From Callorhinchus milii (Eukaryota): a DNA stretch of 64,000 bases. Position 1 is the first letter of the stretch, and every line of letters starts with the position of its first letter. The stretch spans positions 108,688,001-108,752,000 of the forward strand of contig NW_024704742.1 in the NCBI RefSeq assembly GCF_018977255.1, in the 5' to 3' direction. Position numbers and translations under genes: made by a program. The notes beneath the pieces were generated by a model. The model saw only the letters and a program-made list of their open reading frames with translations, did not search any database and was not told where the DNA came from. Shown here in pieces: positions 39,371 to 52,900 of this stretch.

Positions 39371-39970
39371 TCATTTCTCCAGAAGCAAAGTATATTTACA
39401 TTGACAGCGACAACCACAGGCATACATTTAAAAAGAACTCGAACTGCTGAATAAATGACATTGTGGACCTGCGATAGCGGTGGATTGCCTCGAGTAAACT
39501 CTTAATCTTTGTGCATTTGACTGTCAATAAACCAAAGTGTTAGGATTAAATGCTCTGAGGGCTGAACGTTCCTACAGCTTTTCAGAATATGCATATTTTT
39601 CTGTCACGTTAACAAAAATGATTTTCTGTTGCTGGCATAGTATGCATGATTCCCAACATTAGGCACAGCCTTGGCTGTTCTATTGCATAATAGCACTGTG
39701 TAAATGCTTCATAATTCACAATTGTGAGGGGAGAGAGGACTGAAGAACAAACCTGTTCTGTTCCTCACAAATTTCAGAGCAGAATATGTGGTGAGACCAC
39801 CTGCCTGTCTTGTAGATATGACATGAGAGAAACCTGTAAGAGATGAGTGAATAAAGGAACAAAAATGAATTGAGGCAGCCCTAATGGACTGATGAATACA
39901 GCTGCAGATTACCAACCAAGAGCTCAATGGTTCAAATCCCAGGCCATGCTCAGTTTGCTGGTCTGAGCCA

Positions 39971-41006
39971 GCTTGTCCTCCCACCTCAACCTTCAAGGCC
40001 CTGTTCTTGAGTGGTTTAGGTCATACCTCTCCCACCATCTTCATTTTGTTCCCACAAACGGCTTTTCCTCCAGCCCCCACACTGTCTCGTGCGGTGTCCC
40101 TCAGGGCTCTGTCCTTGGTCCACTCCTCTTCACCCTCTATATGCTCCCCCTGGTGACATCATCCGCAGACATGGAGTTAACTTCCACATGTATGCGGATG
40201 ACACCCAACTCTACCTTTCCTCCTCTACCCTCAACTCCACGACCACCGATGTCCTGACAGCCTGTCTGTCCGACATTGAGTCCTGGACGAGAGACAACTT
40301 TCTTCAGCTCAACGTGCGCAAAACTGAGGCCCTCCTGATTGGCTCGCGTCAGCGCCTCCGCACCTCAGGCGCTGACAGCATCAGCATCCAAGGCTGCACT
40401 CTCCACCTCTCAAAGGCAGTCAGGAACCTCGGGGTTCTGTTCGACCCTGAGCTGTCCTTTGTTCCTCATATCCGCGCCACAACTGGCACCGCCTTCCATC
40501 ACCTCCGGAACATCGCCAGACTACGGCACTACCTCACCCCTCACGCTGCTGAAACTCTGGTCCACGCCTTTATCACCTCAAGGCTGGACTATGGGAACTC
40601 TCTCCTCGCCGGCCTTCCCGGCACCTCCCTCCACAAGCTGCAGGTCATTCAGAACTCTGCAGCTCGTGTACTGTCCCGCACCAGGCTTCGGGACCACATC
40701 ACTCCCACCCTCGCTCGCCTCCACTGGCTGCCCATCCCCCAGAGGATTGAATTCAAGATCCTTATCCTCACCTAAAAGGCCATTCACGGCCTTGCTCCCT
40801 CCTACCTCTCCGACCTACTATCCCCCTACTTACCTGCCCGTACCCTCCATTCCTCTGTCTCCAGTCTGCTCCACATCCCCCGCCCCAACCGCCCTACCAT
40901 CGGTGGCCGGGCCTTCAGCCTCTCAGCCCCGAGGCTCTGGAACTCCATCCCCCAGTGCCTTCTCCTTGCCTCCTCCCTTTGGAATCTTGTTGTTGTTGTT
41001 GTTGTT
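39971..41006 (+). mobile_element. Young 5'-truncated L2 LINE lacking its 3'UTR
   Basis: [38 protein letters not shown]2 sequence joins directly to ggaatc(ttg)n at 40980/40981. Confidence 0.95.
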
Positions 41007-41089
41007 AAACTGACCCTGGTCTTCCCAGAGTTAAGGAGTGTTTCTTTACTGCACCCTCTTCTCAGAATGTGTGCGCGTGTGTTGGATTT

Positions 41090-41465
41090 CAGTTTGATGC
41101 ACTTAACACTCTTGCCTGAGTCAGAAGCTTGTGGGTCCACATCCCACTAATTGACTTCAGCTCCGTTCAGGTTGACTCCAGTGCAAATAAACTTGGAGAA
41201 GACATGAAACCAAGATTCTGTTTGTCTGTCTCCAGGTGGATCTTACAAATCCCATGAAACACTTTAAAAACAGAAGGGAATTTTTCCCAATGGTCTGGTC
41301 AACGATCCTGCACATCAATTGGTCTATCACCTCAGAGTTGTGTGTGGGAACTTTTTAAGGACAGAGTGACTACTGTGTTTGATCTACAGAAAAAAGTCAC
41401 CACACTTGGCAGTGATTACTTGTGAAGCTCTATGAGATGTTGCAATCCAATAGAGTACTATAAAA
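41090..41465 (+). mobile_element. Degenerate Deu-domain SINE
   Basis: cactcttgcctgagtcagaag head and caggtggatc...atcccatg Deu-like block. A similar + copy lies at ~50171-50600. Confidence 0.65.
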
Positions 41466-43164
41466 ATACTAGTTAAAAAAATACTCAGCTGGGAAATAGG
41501 AATTATTTACCATTACATTTGATCTCGATGGCCTGGGTTTCCGGTCATGATTTCTATCTGGTGAACCTTGATAGAGGTCAGCCTGTGCTTACGTCAAGCG
41601 AGGAGAGGATCGGTCTCAAATGTGATGTTTCCTGTGGTCGGAAAACCTGCTGACATCACTGTCAAGCTCACACATGAGTGATAGCCACTTGGCAGCCTTG
41701 GCACCGAATTGGAGGAAAAGAGAGTCCAAAGCTTTCATTAGAAAGGAGAAGGAGAGAAATGTGCGGAAAAGTCAAGCAAAACAAAAAAAAGGCCCATCAT
41801 AAAGTATTTTACTCAACTATCACATGGAAGCTGCAGCTTTCTCTGGTTAGCTGCTTTGGCATTATTTATACCAAACTTAAAATCAAACAGGTGCTATAAC
41901 ATGTCTAACTCACCCACTCCCGATACCTCTGAGTCATGTAGAACATGAACATTGTCATTCCCTCTTTCCTGCCTGTGATCTCACCGAGAGTTAGTAATAT
42001 GGTCTCTATGACTACTGAGCTAAAAACAGGGTTCTGCTTACATCAACTGGAACAGCAGCATCAGTTATTATCTGAGTTTGAAGGTATGCTGTTTAATGCA
42101 TTATTAAAATGTTCCTCCCTCTCAGGTGTTCTCTTGTCTGTTTGTACCCTTTGGTATGTTTTGCAATCAAATAAGCAGAAAAAAAATATTAAAGGTTATA
42201 GGGAAAGAGTCGAGGAATGGAATCAAAGTTCCAGCTCCAGTGGTTTCCACTCCTGATTTCTCTACAAATGTTTGATCTTTTTGCTCTTCCAGTGATAAAT
42301 TCTATGTTTCAGGAGGCCTCTAAATTTTCTGACTCAAGTTAAAGTAGTTAATGTAGTGACAGATTAAATAGTTGGCATTTCAGAAAAGCATTTCAGTGAG
42401 AGTTAAAAATGAAATGGTGCCACATCAAAATTTTGCTGCAGTGGTTCAAGATAATTGAACACAATTTATGTTAAATTGGAAGTGATCTTGAGAGATACCA
42501 GGGATTTAATTTGCAATCAATGCGTCAGGGGTGGGAAGCGTTATTCTGAGTATCCTCTGTTGACTTGAGCAGTCAAATCAAGGTCAACAATTTCTAAATA
42601 AATAACCCTTTTCTTTGTCATAGTGCCTTTTACGCCTTTTGATTACTGGAAGGAAGCATCACATTCAAGCCCGATCCTGCCTTTACTTTGACGTATGTAC
42701 TCAATTATAATTATTCATTGCAAATATATAATTCTGATTTTATATTCTGCTAACAACTGTCCTAATTCTAGAAACTCTCAAAATAGGTAATTCATCGTGA
42801 GAGGGAAGTAAGTGTGTTTGTCTTTCCGTCTATCTGTACGTTCATTCATCCACCCAACCAACACTCTACAGCTCTCTTATAGTATACAGCTATTAAAGTA
42901 CATACAAATTATTTTGAATAGGGAAATTTTTATTAAATAAATAATTCTTGCCTTTGATATAGCACCTTTTTCCACCTTTTGATCACTGGAAGTATTACAA
43001 TCAAGCTTGATCCTGCCCTAACTTGATGTTTACACTCGATTATAATTATTCATTGCAAGTATAAAATTCTGATTTTAAACATTGCAATTGATTCTGCATC
43101 TCTTGCCTTCTGTGACAGTGGATCTCACATTTTACAAACTCCCTCCACGCAGGGTTGGGCCTCA

Positions 43165-43920
43165 GAGCACTTAACAGTGGCGGAGGCTGACTCCGGATGG
43201 GTGGGGGGTCGGGGGGGGAGGTGGCCGTAAGCAGTCGAAGAGCAAGGTTTTCAGGTGGGACTTGAAAAAGGGGAGAGAGGGATCAAGCCGGAGGGATTGA
43301 GGGAGAGTGTTCCAGAGTTTTGGGACGTAGTGGCTGAAAGAACGACCTCTGATGGTGGAGTGAGGGTGCAAGGGACAAGCAGGAGGCCAGTGCCAGTCGA
43401 GCAGAGGTGCCGGGTGGTGGATTGGGGAGTGAGGAGGTTGGAGAGGTCGGGAGGTTCCAGGGAGTGAATGGATTTGAACACGAGTGTGAGGATCTTGAAG
43501 TCGATCCGTTTGGTGATGGGGAGCCAGTGGAGCCTGGCCAGAACTGATGAGATGGGGGTACGGAGTTTGGTCCGGGTCAGTATGGGGCAGCAGAGTTCTG
43601 AATGAACTGGATCTTTTGAATAGTGGAGCTGGGGAGACTGGTGAGGAGGGTGTTTGAGTAATCCAGGCGGGAGGTGACAAACGCATGCACAAGGTTTTTG
43701 GCTGCATTTGGGGTAAGGTATGGTCGGAGGCGGGCAATGTGGTGGAGGTGGATGAAGGTGGTCTTGGTCAGGGACTGGATGTGGCAGAGGAAGGACAGCT
43801 AGGGGTCTCTCCGGATGCCTGGGTTGCAAGGTTGCGCACTGGTTCGGTGAGCCTGAGGGAGAGCTCACAGAGGTTGAGGAGTTCAGATCCGCAGGAGTGA
43901 AGACATTGATGGGAGCCAAG
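43165..43920 (-). mobile_element. L2 3' fragment, a different subfamily
   Basis: Minus-strand [23 protein letters not shown] and GRSFSHYVPKLWNTLPQSLR...FKSHLKTLLF. Confidence 0.9.
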
Positions 43921-44483
43921 GCTCTAAGCATTGCACTAGATCATTAATAGATGTTCCACTGCAGAAAGTATTAGAAATTACTATTAAATGATGCAAATAG
44001 TTAACTGAGGAGATGATTATGTAAATAAAGAAACTAGAGGCTTGAAATTCTAGGAAATTCCACCTAGTCTGAGCCTTAAATTCAGCCTGAAGTTTTTACC
44101 CCGTTCTTAAAAAGTTGTTTGGAAAACACTTTTTCTGTCAACCCGGCAGACAATCTACAATACTGCCAAAAATTACTCGATTTAGGAATTGCTGAACAAC
44201 TGTTTCCTCTGATGGGTCAATCAGTAACCTTACACTTAAGGCAATATTTTGAATGTTCCTGTATTGAATTCCATTTGTCCATCTGCATGATCTGTCAAGC
44301 TCTCTTTGTAAGTTTTTCTTCCTCTCATTCCATTACCTCCTTAGCTTCATCTCATCAGCAAATGGAACTTGCACTAAGAATAGCTTGCACCATTCCAGAA
44401 ATTGGGTAAATCTGAGCATGAACACCCAGAGACATTTGGATGGTTGAGGCCAGGACAGTGGACTCATTTGCAAAAGCAGCTAG

Positions 44484-45747
44484 ATGAGGACATCAAAGTT
44501 AATATATCTAAATTTGGGAATGACACAAAACTAGGAGGAAGTGCCAACACAGAGGATGACATTAAAAAAATGCAGCGAGACATAGATAGGTTAGGTGATT
44601 GGACAGGTAGGTGGCAGATGAAGTATAATGTAGGGAAGTGCGAAGTTATCCACCAAGGTAGCAAAAACAGTAGAGCGGGATATTTTTTAGAAGGGGAGAG
44701 ATTAGAATGTGTTAGTGTCCAGAGGGACTTGGGTGTCCTTGTACACCAATCACAGAAAGTTAGTCTGCAGGGGCAGCAGCAATTAGGAAGGTGAACGGTA
44801 TGTTAGCATTCATTATGAAAGGATTAGAGTATAAGAGGAGGGAAGTCTTGCTGCAACTGTATAGGGCCCTGGTGAGACCACACCGGGAATATTGTGTGCA
44901 GTTTTGGTCCCCTCATTTAAGGAAGGACGTACTTGCCTTGGAGGGGGTGCAGCGTAGATTTACTAGGTTAGTACCAGGGATGAAGGGGATGAGTTACGAG
45001 GATAGGCTGACCAATTTGGGCCTATATTATAATACTAATAATAATAATCCTTGCATTTGATATAGCGCTTTTCACGTCGGGAGGACGTCCCAAAGCGCTT
45101 CACAGAACACACTGTAAAGTGAATTGACTGTATATTTGTGGGCGAACGCGGCAGCCAATTGCGCACAGCAATGTCCCACAAACAGTCGTAGATTGAAAAT
45201 GACCAATTTATTATTGCTTTGGGTTTTGGAGGGATTATTATTAGGCTCTGTGTGGAGTAAGGAAACTTGCCCAAGGTTTCGCCCTGACCTGCCGGGGATT
45301 GAACTCAGGTCTCTCGCTTTCAAAGCGAGTGCTCTAACGTAATTCTCTAGAATATAGAAGAATTAGAGGGGATCTTATAGAAACCTATAAGATCATCAAA
45401 GGGCATGATAGAGTAGATAGTGGGAGATTGTTTCCCCTGGTTGGAGAAACTAAAACCAGGGGTCACAACCTTAAAATCAGAGGCCAGCCCTTTCACACTG
45501 AGTTGAGGAAGAACTTCTACATTCAAAGGGTGGTGAATGTATGGAACTCACTACCCCAAAGGGCTGTTGACGCTCAGTCCTTGAACATATTCAAGACTGA
45601 AATGGATAGATTTCTTATTGCAAAAGGTATTAAGGCATATGGGGATAAGGCAGGGTCAGGTTATTAGCTGGAGTTAGATTAGCAGATCAGCCATGATTGA
45701 ATGGCGGGGCAGGCTTGAAGGGACGAATGGCCTACTCCTGCTCCTAC
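44484..45747 (+). mobile_element. CR1 LINE 3' fragment (RT end to 3'UTR), split by a SINE at 45029-45344
   Basis: ISKFGNDTKLGG, WQMKYNVGKCEV, LYRALVRPH-EYCVQFWSP, LGLY|SLEYRR, FYIQRVVNVWNSLP. Confidence 0.95.
45029..45338 (-). mobile_element. Young short-form SINE inserted in CR1
   Basis: (TAA)n tail and tRNA-like head. The CR1 reading frame resumes on the far side; att is repeated at both junctions. Confidence 0.92.
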
Positions 45748-45822
45748 ATGTTATGTTATGTTATGTTATGTTATGTTATGTTATGTTATGTTATGTTATG
45801 TTATGTTATGTTATGTTATGTT
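45748..45822 (+). repeat. (ATGTT)15 microsatellite expanded from the CR1 tail
   Basis: 15 perfect pentamers directly after the CR1 3'UTR motif gaatggcctactcctgctcct. Confidence 0.95.
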
Positions 45823-46230
45823 AATGATGGAAGATCAGTCGAGTACATATTGTGGAGGGATGAGATCAGATGGGCCAAGATGTTTCTTTATCCATACTAA
45901 TCTTTTAACCTTCTGAACATAATATCTCCTACTATTTTGACGGCCCTCTGCTTTCTTTCTTTTCTCCAATGTAAGTTCATATTTTATACTTGATAACCAT
46001 GAAAATTACACCACCACCGAAAAGTGAGGTACTTTATCGAAGTGCTTTAGATCTCTAGATACATCACATGTGGCCGCCTCCCACAGTTAATGTCCACACA
46101 ATATATAACACTCAAAAGATAGACATTTGTATCTCCTGAGTAATATATTACTGTGATACAAGAATCCCAATTGATCACCCCCCTAGAGGAGAACACAATA
46201 AAGTCTGCAGTCCACAAAATGGATGGATTA

Positions 46231-47360
46231 CAACAACAACAAGATTACATTTGTTTTGCGCCTTTCACGTCAGGAGGACATCCCAAGGCGCTGGACAAAG
46301 TACAGTATTTCAGACCCGAGCTGGGGTTCGGGGGGGAATGGAGGGGAGGGGATGGGGGTTGGCCGATGGGATGGTCGAAGAGGATGGTCTTGAGGCAGGA
46401 CTTGAAGGAGGCTAAGGAGGGAGCGAGGCGGAATGACTGGGGGATGGAATTCCAGAGATTGGGGGCAGAATAGCTGAAGACTCTCTCGCCAATGGTGGGG
46501 CAGGTAGGTCGGCGGACGTGGAGCAGGCCAGAGCCGGCTAAGCGGAGGGAACGGGCAGGTTGGTAGGGGGTTAGGAGGTCGCAGAGATAGGGTGGGGTGA
46601 GGCCATGGAGGGCTTTGTATGTGAGGACCAGGATCTTGAACTGGATTCTCTGAAGGATAGGGAGCCAGTGGAGTGGTGGGGGGATGGGGTCACGGAGATT
46701 GGTGCGGGAGAGGACACGGGCTGCTGAGTTCTGGATTATCTGCAGCCTGTGGAGGGAGGAGTTGGGAAGGTTGACAAGCAGGGCATTTGCATAGTCGAGC
46801 CTGGAGGTGATGAAGGCATGAACAAGAGTTTCAGCGGCCTGAGGGGTGAGGTAGTGGTGGAGTCGGGCAATGTTACGGAGGTGAGGGAAGGTAGAGCTGG
46901 TCATGGCTTGAATGTGGGGGAGAAAAGACAGTTTAGGGTTGAACAAGATACCTAGGTTCCTGACGGGCTTGGTGAGTTGAAGTGTGCAACCATGGAGGTT
47001 GATGCTGCCAGAGCCTGAGGTGCTGAGGCGCTGGTGGGAGCCAATCAGGAGGGCCTCAGTCTTGTTCACATTCAACTGTAGAAATTTGCCCTCATCCAGG
47101 ACTTGATGTCCGACAGGCAGTCTGTCAGGACAGCAGTGGTCCTGGAGTTGAGGGTAGACGCAGAAAGATAGAGTTGGGTGTCATCCGCATACATGTGGAA
47201 GTTGACCCCATGTTTGCGGATGATGTCACCACAGGGGAGCATGTAGCTTTCAAAGAGAGGGCCAAGGACAGAGCCCTGGGGGACGTCAGATGTGACAGTG
47301 CTGAGGGCTGGAGGAGAAACCGTTAGAGGCAACAAAGTGGAGACGGTGAGAGAGATAGGA
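46231..47360 (-). mobile_element. 5'-truncated L2 LINE
   Basis: Minus-strand [18 protein letters not shown] and a 276-aa ORF2 C-terminal piece, with a (CAA)n tail at 46231. Confidence 0.95.
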
Positions 47361-47540
47361 ATCGAACCAGGCAAGGTACCTACTCCTACCATGGAAATAT
47401 CTTGTGTTTCAGAAGCATTCACATATGCAAACTGCATAATATATTTGAGCAAATATTGATCTAAAATATAATACTGGTCTATTTACATTGTTGCCCTTAT
47501 TATACCTCTTCCCCGTAATCTTTCATTTTGTTCATAAAGT

Positions 47541-47856
47541 CTGTGGAGTCCCTGTAGCTCAGTGGTCAGAGCACTTACCTAGCATGCGAGAGACCTGGGC
47601 TCGATTCCTGGCAGAGCAAAACCTTGGACAAGTTTCCTTACTCCTCACGCCTGATAATAATCCCTCAAGAAACAAAAACAATAATAAATTGGTCACTTCA
47701 ATCCATGACTGTGGGACACCGCTGTGTGCAATTGGTTGCTGTGTTTTGCCCATAAATGTACAGTGAATTCACTTTACAGTATATTCTGTGAAGCGCTTTG
47801 AGAGGTCTAGAAGTCGTGAAAAGGGCTATATCAAAGTACAAGGGTTATTATTATTA
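47541..47856 (+). mobile_element. Short-form SINE, full length, moderately diverged
   Basis: Head tgtggagtccctgtagctcagtgg, deleted middle (cacgcctgataataatccc) and (TTA)n tail. Confidence 0.88.
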
Positions 47857-48039
47857 TAAAGTCAGAGAGTTCACATTAATTTGGTGATAGATGTCAACGT
47901 GTAGATAATGTTGAAGTATCAAGCACTGAAACTGTTAGATAATAGGTTCATATGTAACAAGGGTAGAGGAATTACAGAGATACAGAGATGCATAGGTTTC
48001 TACTGCTATGAATGTGGATCACCTGAGGATGAAATAATT

Positions 48040-48425
48040 GAGCCTGCTGAGGGGGGGAGTGGACAGGTTGATATGGCGTTAGTGGGTCACAGAGGTAGTT
48101 GTGTGCAAGGCAGTGGAAGGCTTTAAAGGCAAGGACGAGGATTTTAAACTCTATCTTCTGGGCAATGGGGAGACAGTGGAGCCGGGAGAGGGTGGGGGTG
48201 ATAGGGCCACAGAGCCTGGTGCGGGAAAGGACACAAGCTGCAGAGTTCTGAATGATCTGCAGCTTGTGGAGTGAAGATTTGGGAAGGGCGACAAGCAGGG
48301 AATTGCGTAGTCAAGCCTAGATGTAACAAATGCATGGATGGGGGTCTTGGTAGCCTGAGCGGAGAGGCAGTGTTGGAGCCAGGCAATGTTGCGGAAGTGG
48401 GGGATGGCAGAGCAGGTCATGGCAC
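48040..48425 (-). mobile_element. L2 ORF2 fragment
   Basis: Minus-strand HFRNIAWL...[11 protein letters not shown]. Confidence 0.85.
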
Positions 48426-48754
48426 AGTTGACAATGTAGTGTTCCTCCAGCACTGTATTGGAATGTCAGCCTAGACTGTGAGTTCAAAGACTTGACATGA
48501 GGCTTAAGCCTATAATCTTCAGACTTAGAAACAAAAATGGTACATCTAAGCCAGGCTACCACCTAGCCATGGTGAATATAGAGGAAATATCAAATCTATG
48601 TGTGGTTCAATGATCCCATGATAGAGAAAGAACTTATGCAAGCTTCGCCCAATTCTTTGACTGAGTAAATCTTCAGGAACATTGTTACAGTGATTATTCC
48701 AATATTCACAGCCCACTTGATCTCATCCTTTCAAAATACTAACCTGACTCTCTT

Positions 48755-49910
48755 CCTTCTTTTGGTAAGCTGGGTGTCTGAAACATGTGGAAACCCATCA
48801 CCATGCTTACAAATATCCAAACCAAACTGAGAATTCTATTCGTCCCACCTACATATGAAAATTCCAGAGATGTTTATAATGTGCACTCTCTCCCTGGAGC
48901 AATGCATTCTGCTTACCTATTCTGCACAGGTTGGCAAGAGCCACGCTTGGGGCCCCAAAGGGTGAGTTGAGGTAATGCTGGATTTAGTAGTTAAAACCCC
49001 ATAGCTTGCCATTGAGAACACTGTCTAGCAAGCTTTTCTGCTGCTTGTCCAGCTAGAACCATCCTACCCGTTAGGGTTTTTGCTTGCAGGGGTAACAGGA
49101 GCTGAGTGGGAAGAATCCTTGCCCCAGTGACTGGTCTGCCCTTCAAGTCCTGCTGATGAGCCAGGCTGGCTGTGCTGTCATTAGTAGTGCCCTGGAATAC
49201 CTCGGACTCATCTGGCTCAGGAACAGGATTACCACTACAGAGAGTTGTCTCCTTTCCAACATTCTGTGATCTAACATGTCACCGTGGAGCCAATTCAGCT
49301 CCAAAAAGAACCTGCATACCTCCCCCACCCCAAGGAGAACAGTCATTTGACATCCGGCCAGCACAGATTTGACCCTCACTAGGTGGATGGTAGGTACCAG
49401 GAACTCCCTGTGCGCTTCTCAATGGGCAACACAGCTCAGCATGAATTGCATGAAAGCACTGCCACCATCGTCCTGTCCACCGCTCTGACGCGCATCCCTT
49501 CCTATTGAGCCAAAGTTCCACCAGTTGGAGGTGCGGAATTTAAGCAACAGCTGGTTATCTCTCAGCAAACCAATCAAGGTGGATTCCAAGCACTGGCTGT
49601 ATCAAATCATGTTCACAAACTCAGACTCCAGTTAATACTTTCAAGCTGCTGTTGCCCCAAGATTCAAAGTTTCCTCATTAGCTATTTGATGGACATCTGC
49701 CTTCAATGTGGTGGGAGGACCTTTACAGGATAGCTTGTGACATGCCAGCTACCTTGAATTTCTTCAGGTCCAAGTCCAGTGTCACTTACTCAGCACTAAC
49801 TGTTTAATCCAGGTCCTCATATGAGGGGCCTTGGTACATAGGAGTATCCACTGTGAAGCCAACTCTGCCTCCAGGGTGCTCAGCTCAGCGACAGGTCAGT
49901 GTAGGTCTCT
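48755..49910 (-). mobile_element. Longest copy of the old poly(A)-tailed retroelement family
   Basis: Links the fragments at 1685-1980, 8245-8420, 19560-19645, 19970-20130, 26340-26655 and 62645-62780. T-rich run at the left end. Right boundary uncertain. Confidence 0.6.
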
Positions 49911-52900
49911 ACAGCCAACATTCTTAGTTCCTTTCAAATGTGTAAATAATTCCAGATATTGGTTCCATTTGTTTTTGATCATTCGGGTGTTTGGTACATG
50001 CAGCTAATGGTTATTATTGATTGTATCCAGGGGAATTCAGTTCAAGCTGAACCCAGATGATTGATCAAGTTTCAGTGTTGGATACATTTTTTTGATCAGC
50101 TTCTGATCCAGAGAGGAGTGACACTGTGTATGGAAGGCAGGAATGGCATTGAGTGTGACAAAGATTAGGGGGTCAGCCTGATTCAGTCCATAGCACTCTT
50201 GCCTCCGAGTCAGAATATCGTTGGTTCACGTCCTATGTCAGACTTTGAACTCACAATCTAGGCTAGAGGAATGCTGTATTGTGGGAGCTGCCATGCTTTA
50301 GTTGAGACAGTAACCAACAGTCTAACAACAACAACAACAAGATTCCATTTATTGAGCGCCTTTCACGTCGGGAGGACGTCTAAGCTGTTTAGGTGGACAT
50401 TAAAAGATCTAATCTATAATGAAGTATTTTGGAATGATGCCACTCAAAAAGAGAAACGATCCCAATAAAATTGGATATTCACTTCATGGCAATTCGTGAG
50501 TCATTGCTGTGTGCAAATTGGCTGCTGCGTTCACTTACAAAATGCAGTCACTGCACTTTCCAGTAAATCCAGTGAAATACTTTAAGATGTTTTCCTGATT
50601 ATTATTTATTATTAATAAAACAAGCTTTTTTCACTTAGACATTGTGGTATTTATAATAATAATTATAGCATTTCTGTTCCTTCAAATATTAATAAATCAA
50701 GTTTTTAAAAAATGTTCTTCCCATTGGCATAGGCCTTTTCCGCTCCTGTTCCCGGCCTCCTTATGTCCTTATGCTGTGTTGCCCCTTTCAGGACATGTGC
50801 ACTGGTTGCCCTCTAGTACCTAGCCCAAGTGGCTATTGTGTGAGCCTCAGCAGTGGATGCTGGCATGCCACTCAGATGTAGTCGGCATCATAACTCAGTT
50901 CCTTCAGATGCTGCCACATGTGCATACAAGCATTGAAGGGTGCTGAAGAAGAACTAAAAGCAGAAAACCCAATTGGTTTATCCTCCCTAACCCTCTGTAA
51001 GACAAGGATCAAGTTAAACCCCCTGCCCCCCACCCAATGCAGCTCCAGCTGAAACCAGAGAACTCAGCAATGGCCAAGATTGGAACCAATGAGGTTTTGG
51101 TCCATAAGCTGCAGCTCTATCCATTGGACCATCTACACCCTCCAATGTGGTATTCCTTAACAAGATTCCTTCATAACAAATCCATGGCACACAAATGGTA
51201 ACCAGAAGTCTGTTAGGCTGATCTGTGGGAATTCAGCTCCCACACAATATGCTTCCCAAGCAGAGTGGCCTTGGGTTACTAGGAAATTCTAACAGCTTTC
51301 CTTTATATGGCATCCCATCAAGAAATACCTCATTATTTCAAAATATTTTTTTAAAATTGCTGATTTTTAAAAATTGAACACTTGATCCAAATTATATTCT
51401 AGATACTTGAAAATTGAAGTGCTGAGATATTAAATCAATAAATATAGCCCTAGTTGCATTTATTTCAGGCAAATAATGAATTTAAATGAGTCGTTTTGGG
51501 AAACCTTGAACCTATTCGGGTTCCAATAGAACTTTTTCTAAATTGATGAAAATATACTGTTTAGTTAGATGGCCGTTGTTGCTATTGCAAGCAGCAAATC
51601 GTGTAATAGCATCTTATAAATATACTAACTGTGCTGCTCTCACTGGAAGGTGAGATCGGAGGCTCAGACTAGAAAGCTTTTTGCTGTGAAATATTGAAAT
51701 ATATTAGATTAATCCCTTACAAACACATCGACAGCTATGAAGCAAAATAAAACTGATAGCCTCAGACTTTTTATCATTTAGATACTTGGTTCATGTGCTG
51801 AAGGTTTTCATGGGAATGTGAGGGTTTGATCATTTCAAAGAAAAAAAAGTGAAAATGCGCTTTAATCTGTACAGTGATGGCTGCAATGGACAATTGTGTT
51901 TTACTTGTGAAATATGTCAAGGACAGTTTCGTTTTTCCTACGCATTTTTCTGGTAGTATACTTTGGTTCAGCTTTATTGCAGGTGATCCCATTGCATGAT
52001 TGCAACAAAACCGCATTCAAACCCTTTGAAAAGAAAGTCGTAATCTCGACAAAACGAAGTCATGTCAGCAAAATATTTTAGTTTCGACAAAACAGTCCTC
52101 TTCAGTGTTTGCAACCCAATGCTTGTCTGGATTTGGACATGCATCACGTTGTGACGAAGGTCAGATTCATAAAGCATCCTCCACCCCCCCCCCCCAAAAA
52201 AAAAAACTTTGATTTTCACTTAGAAAACACATGGAGATGTTTACCTCAAGACCTGTGCATCAGTCAGTGGTGAGCCAGGTGTGAGCTGGTGTTGGTACCT
52301 GACCACCTTAAAGACTTAAGAGGTTGTTTGAATTCTCTGACAGCACACAAGTCAATGCAAACTAACTGGTTTGAGAGCCAAATCAAGGAGACTCCCTCTG
52401 TGTCTTACCGTCAGATCACCTCCAAGGTATTGACATGAGTTCTGCCAGAATTATTCCGATGTGAACCTGTGGAGGGAGGAGCCCCCCTCACGGTGGAGGA
52501 TGGGATGCCCACTGCCCACAGGCTGAGCTCCGGCCAGTTGCTTCCTGTTGGGAACCTACTTTTTAACATTTGAAACTTTTTTTTTAAAATTAAAAAAAAA
52601 ACACCTGACTCGAGGGTCAGATTACTGTCCGTTCAGTTATGCAACAAAAACAACATATTTATAGTTTTCTATCTATCTGTCTATCTGTCGGTCTTTTCTC
52701 TCTTGTCTCTCGAAAAAAAGACATCAGATGTGCTGTGCTGTTGGGTGTTGGGCTGCTCTGCACTCTCGTGTTTTGTGAGAGAGCTGTAAATCTCCCCATT
52801 GACGTGGGTTTTTCTGGTGTGGATCTGAACACCATCTTCTAACCCCCAACATTAACAGTCTGCAACACGTTATCTGCTGTCAGAGCATTTGAACTCCACA

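Noticed and set aside
45697..45900. ORF with (MLCYV)n repeats
   Set aside because: Translation of the (ATGTT)15 microsatellite.
9272..47452. Long ORFs of 120-276 aa as possible host or intact RT genes
   Set aside because: All are 5'-truncated, frameshifted L2 or CR1 ORF2 pieces; no endonuclease domain or ORF1 seen.
1..52900. Exons of a neighbouring gene (calpastatin lies upstream of PCSK1 in mammals)
   Set aside because: No recognisable coding exon found by eye. Small or non-coding exons cannot be excluded without alignment.
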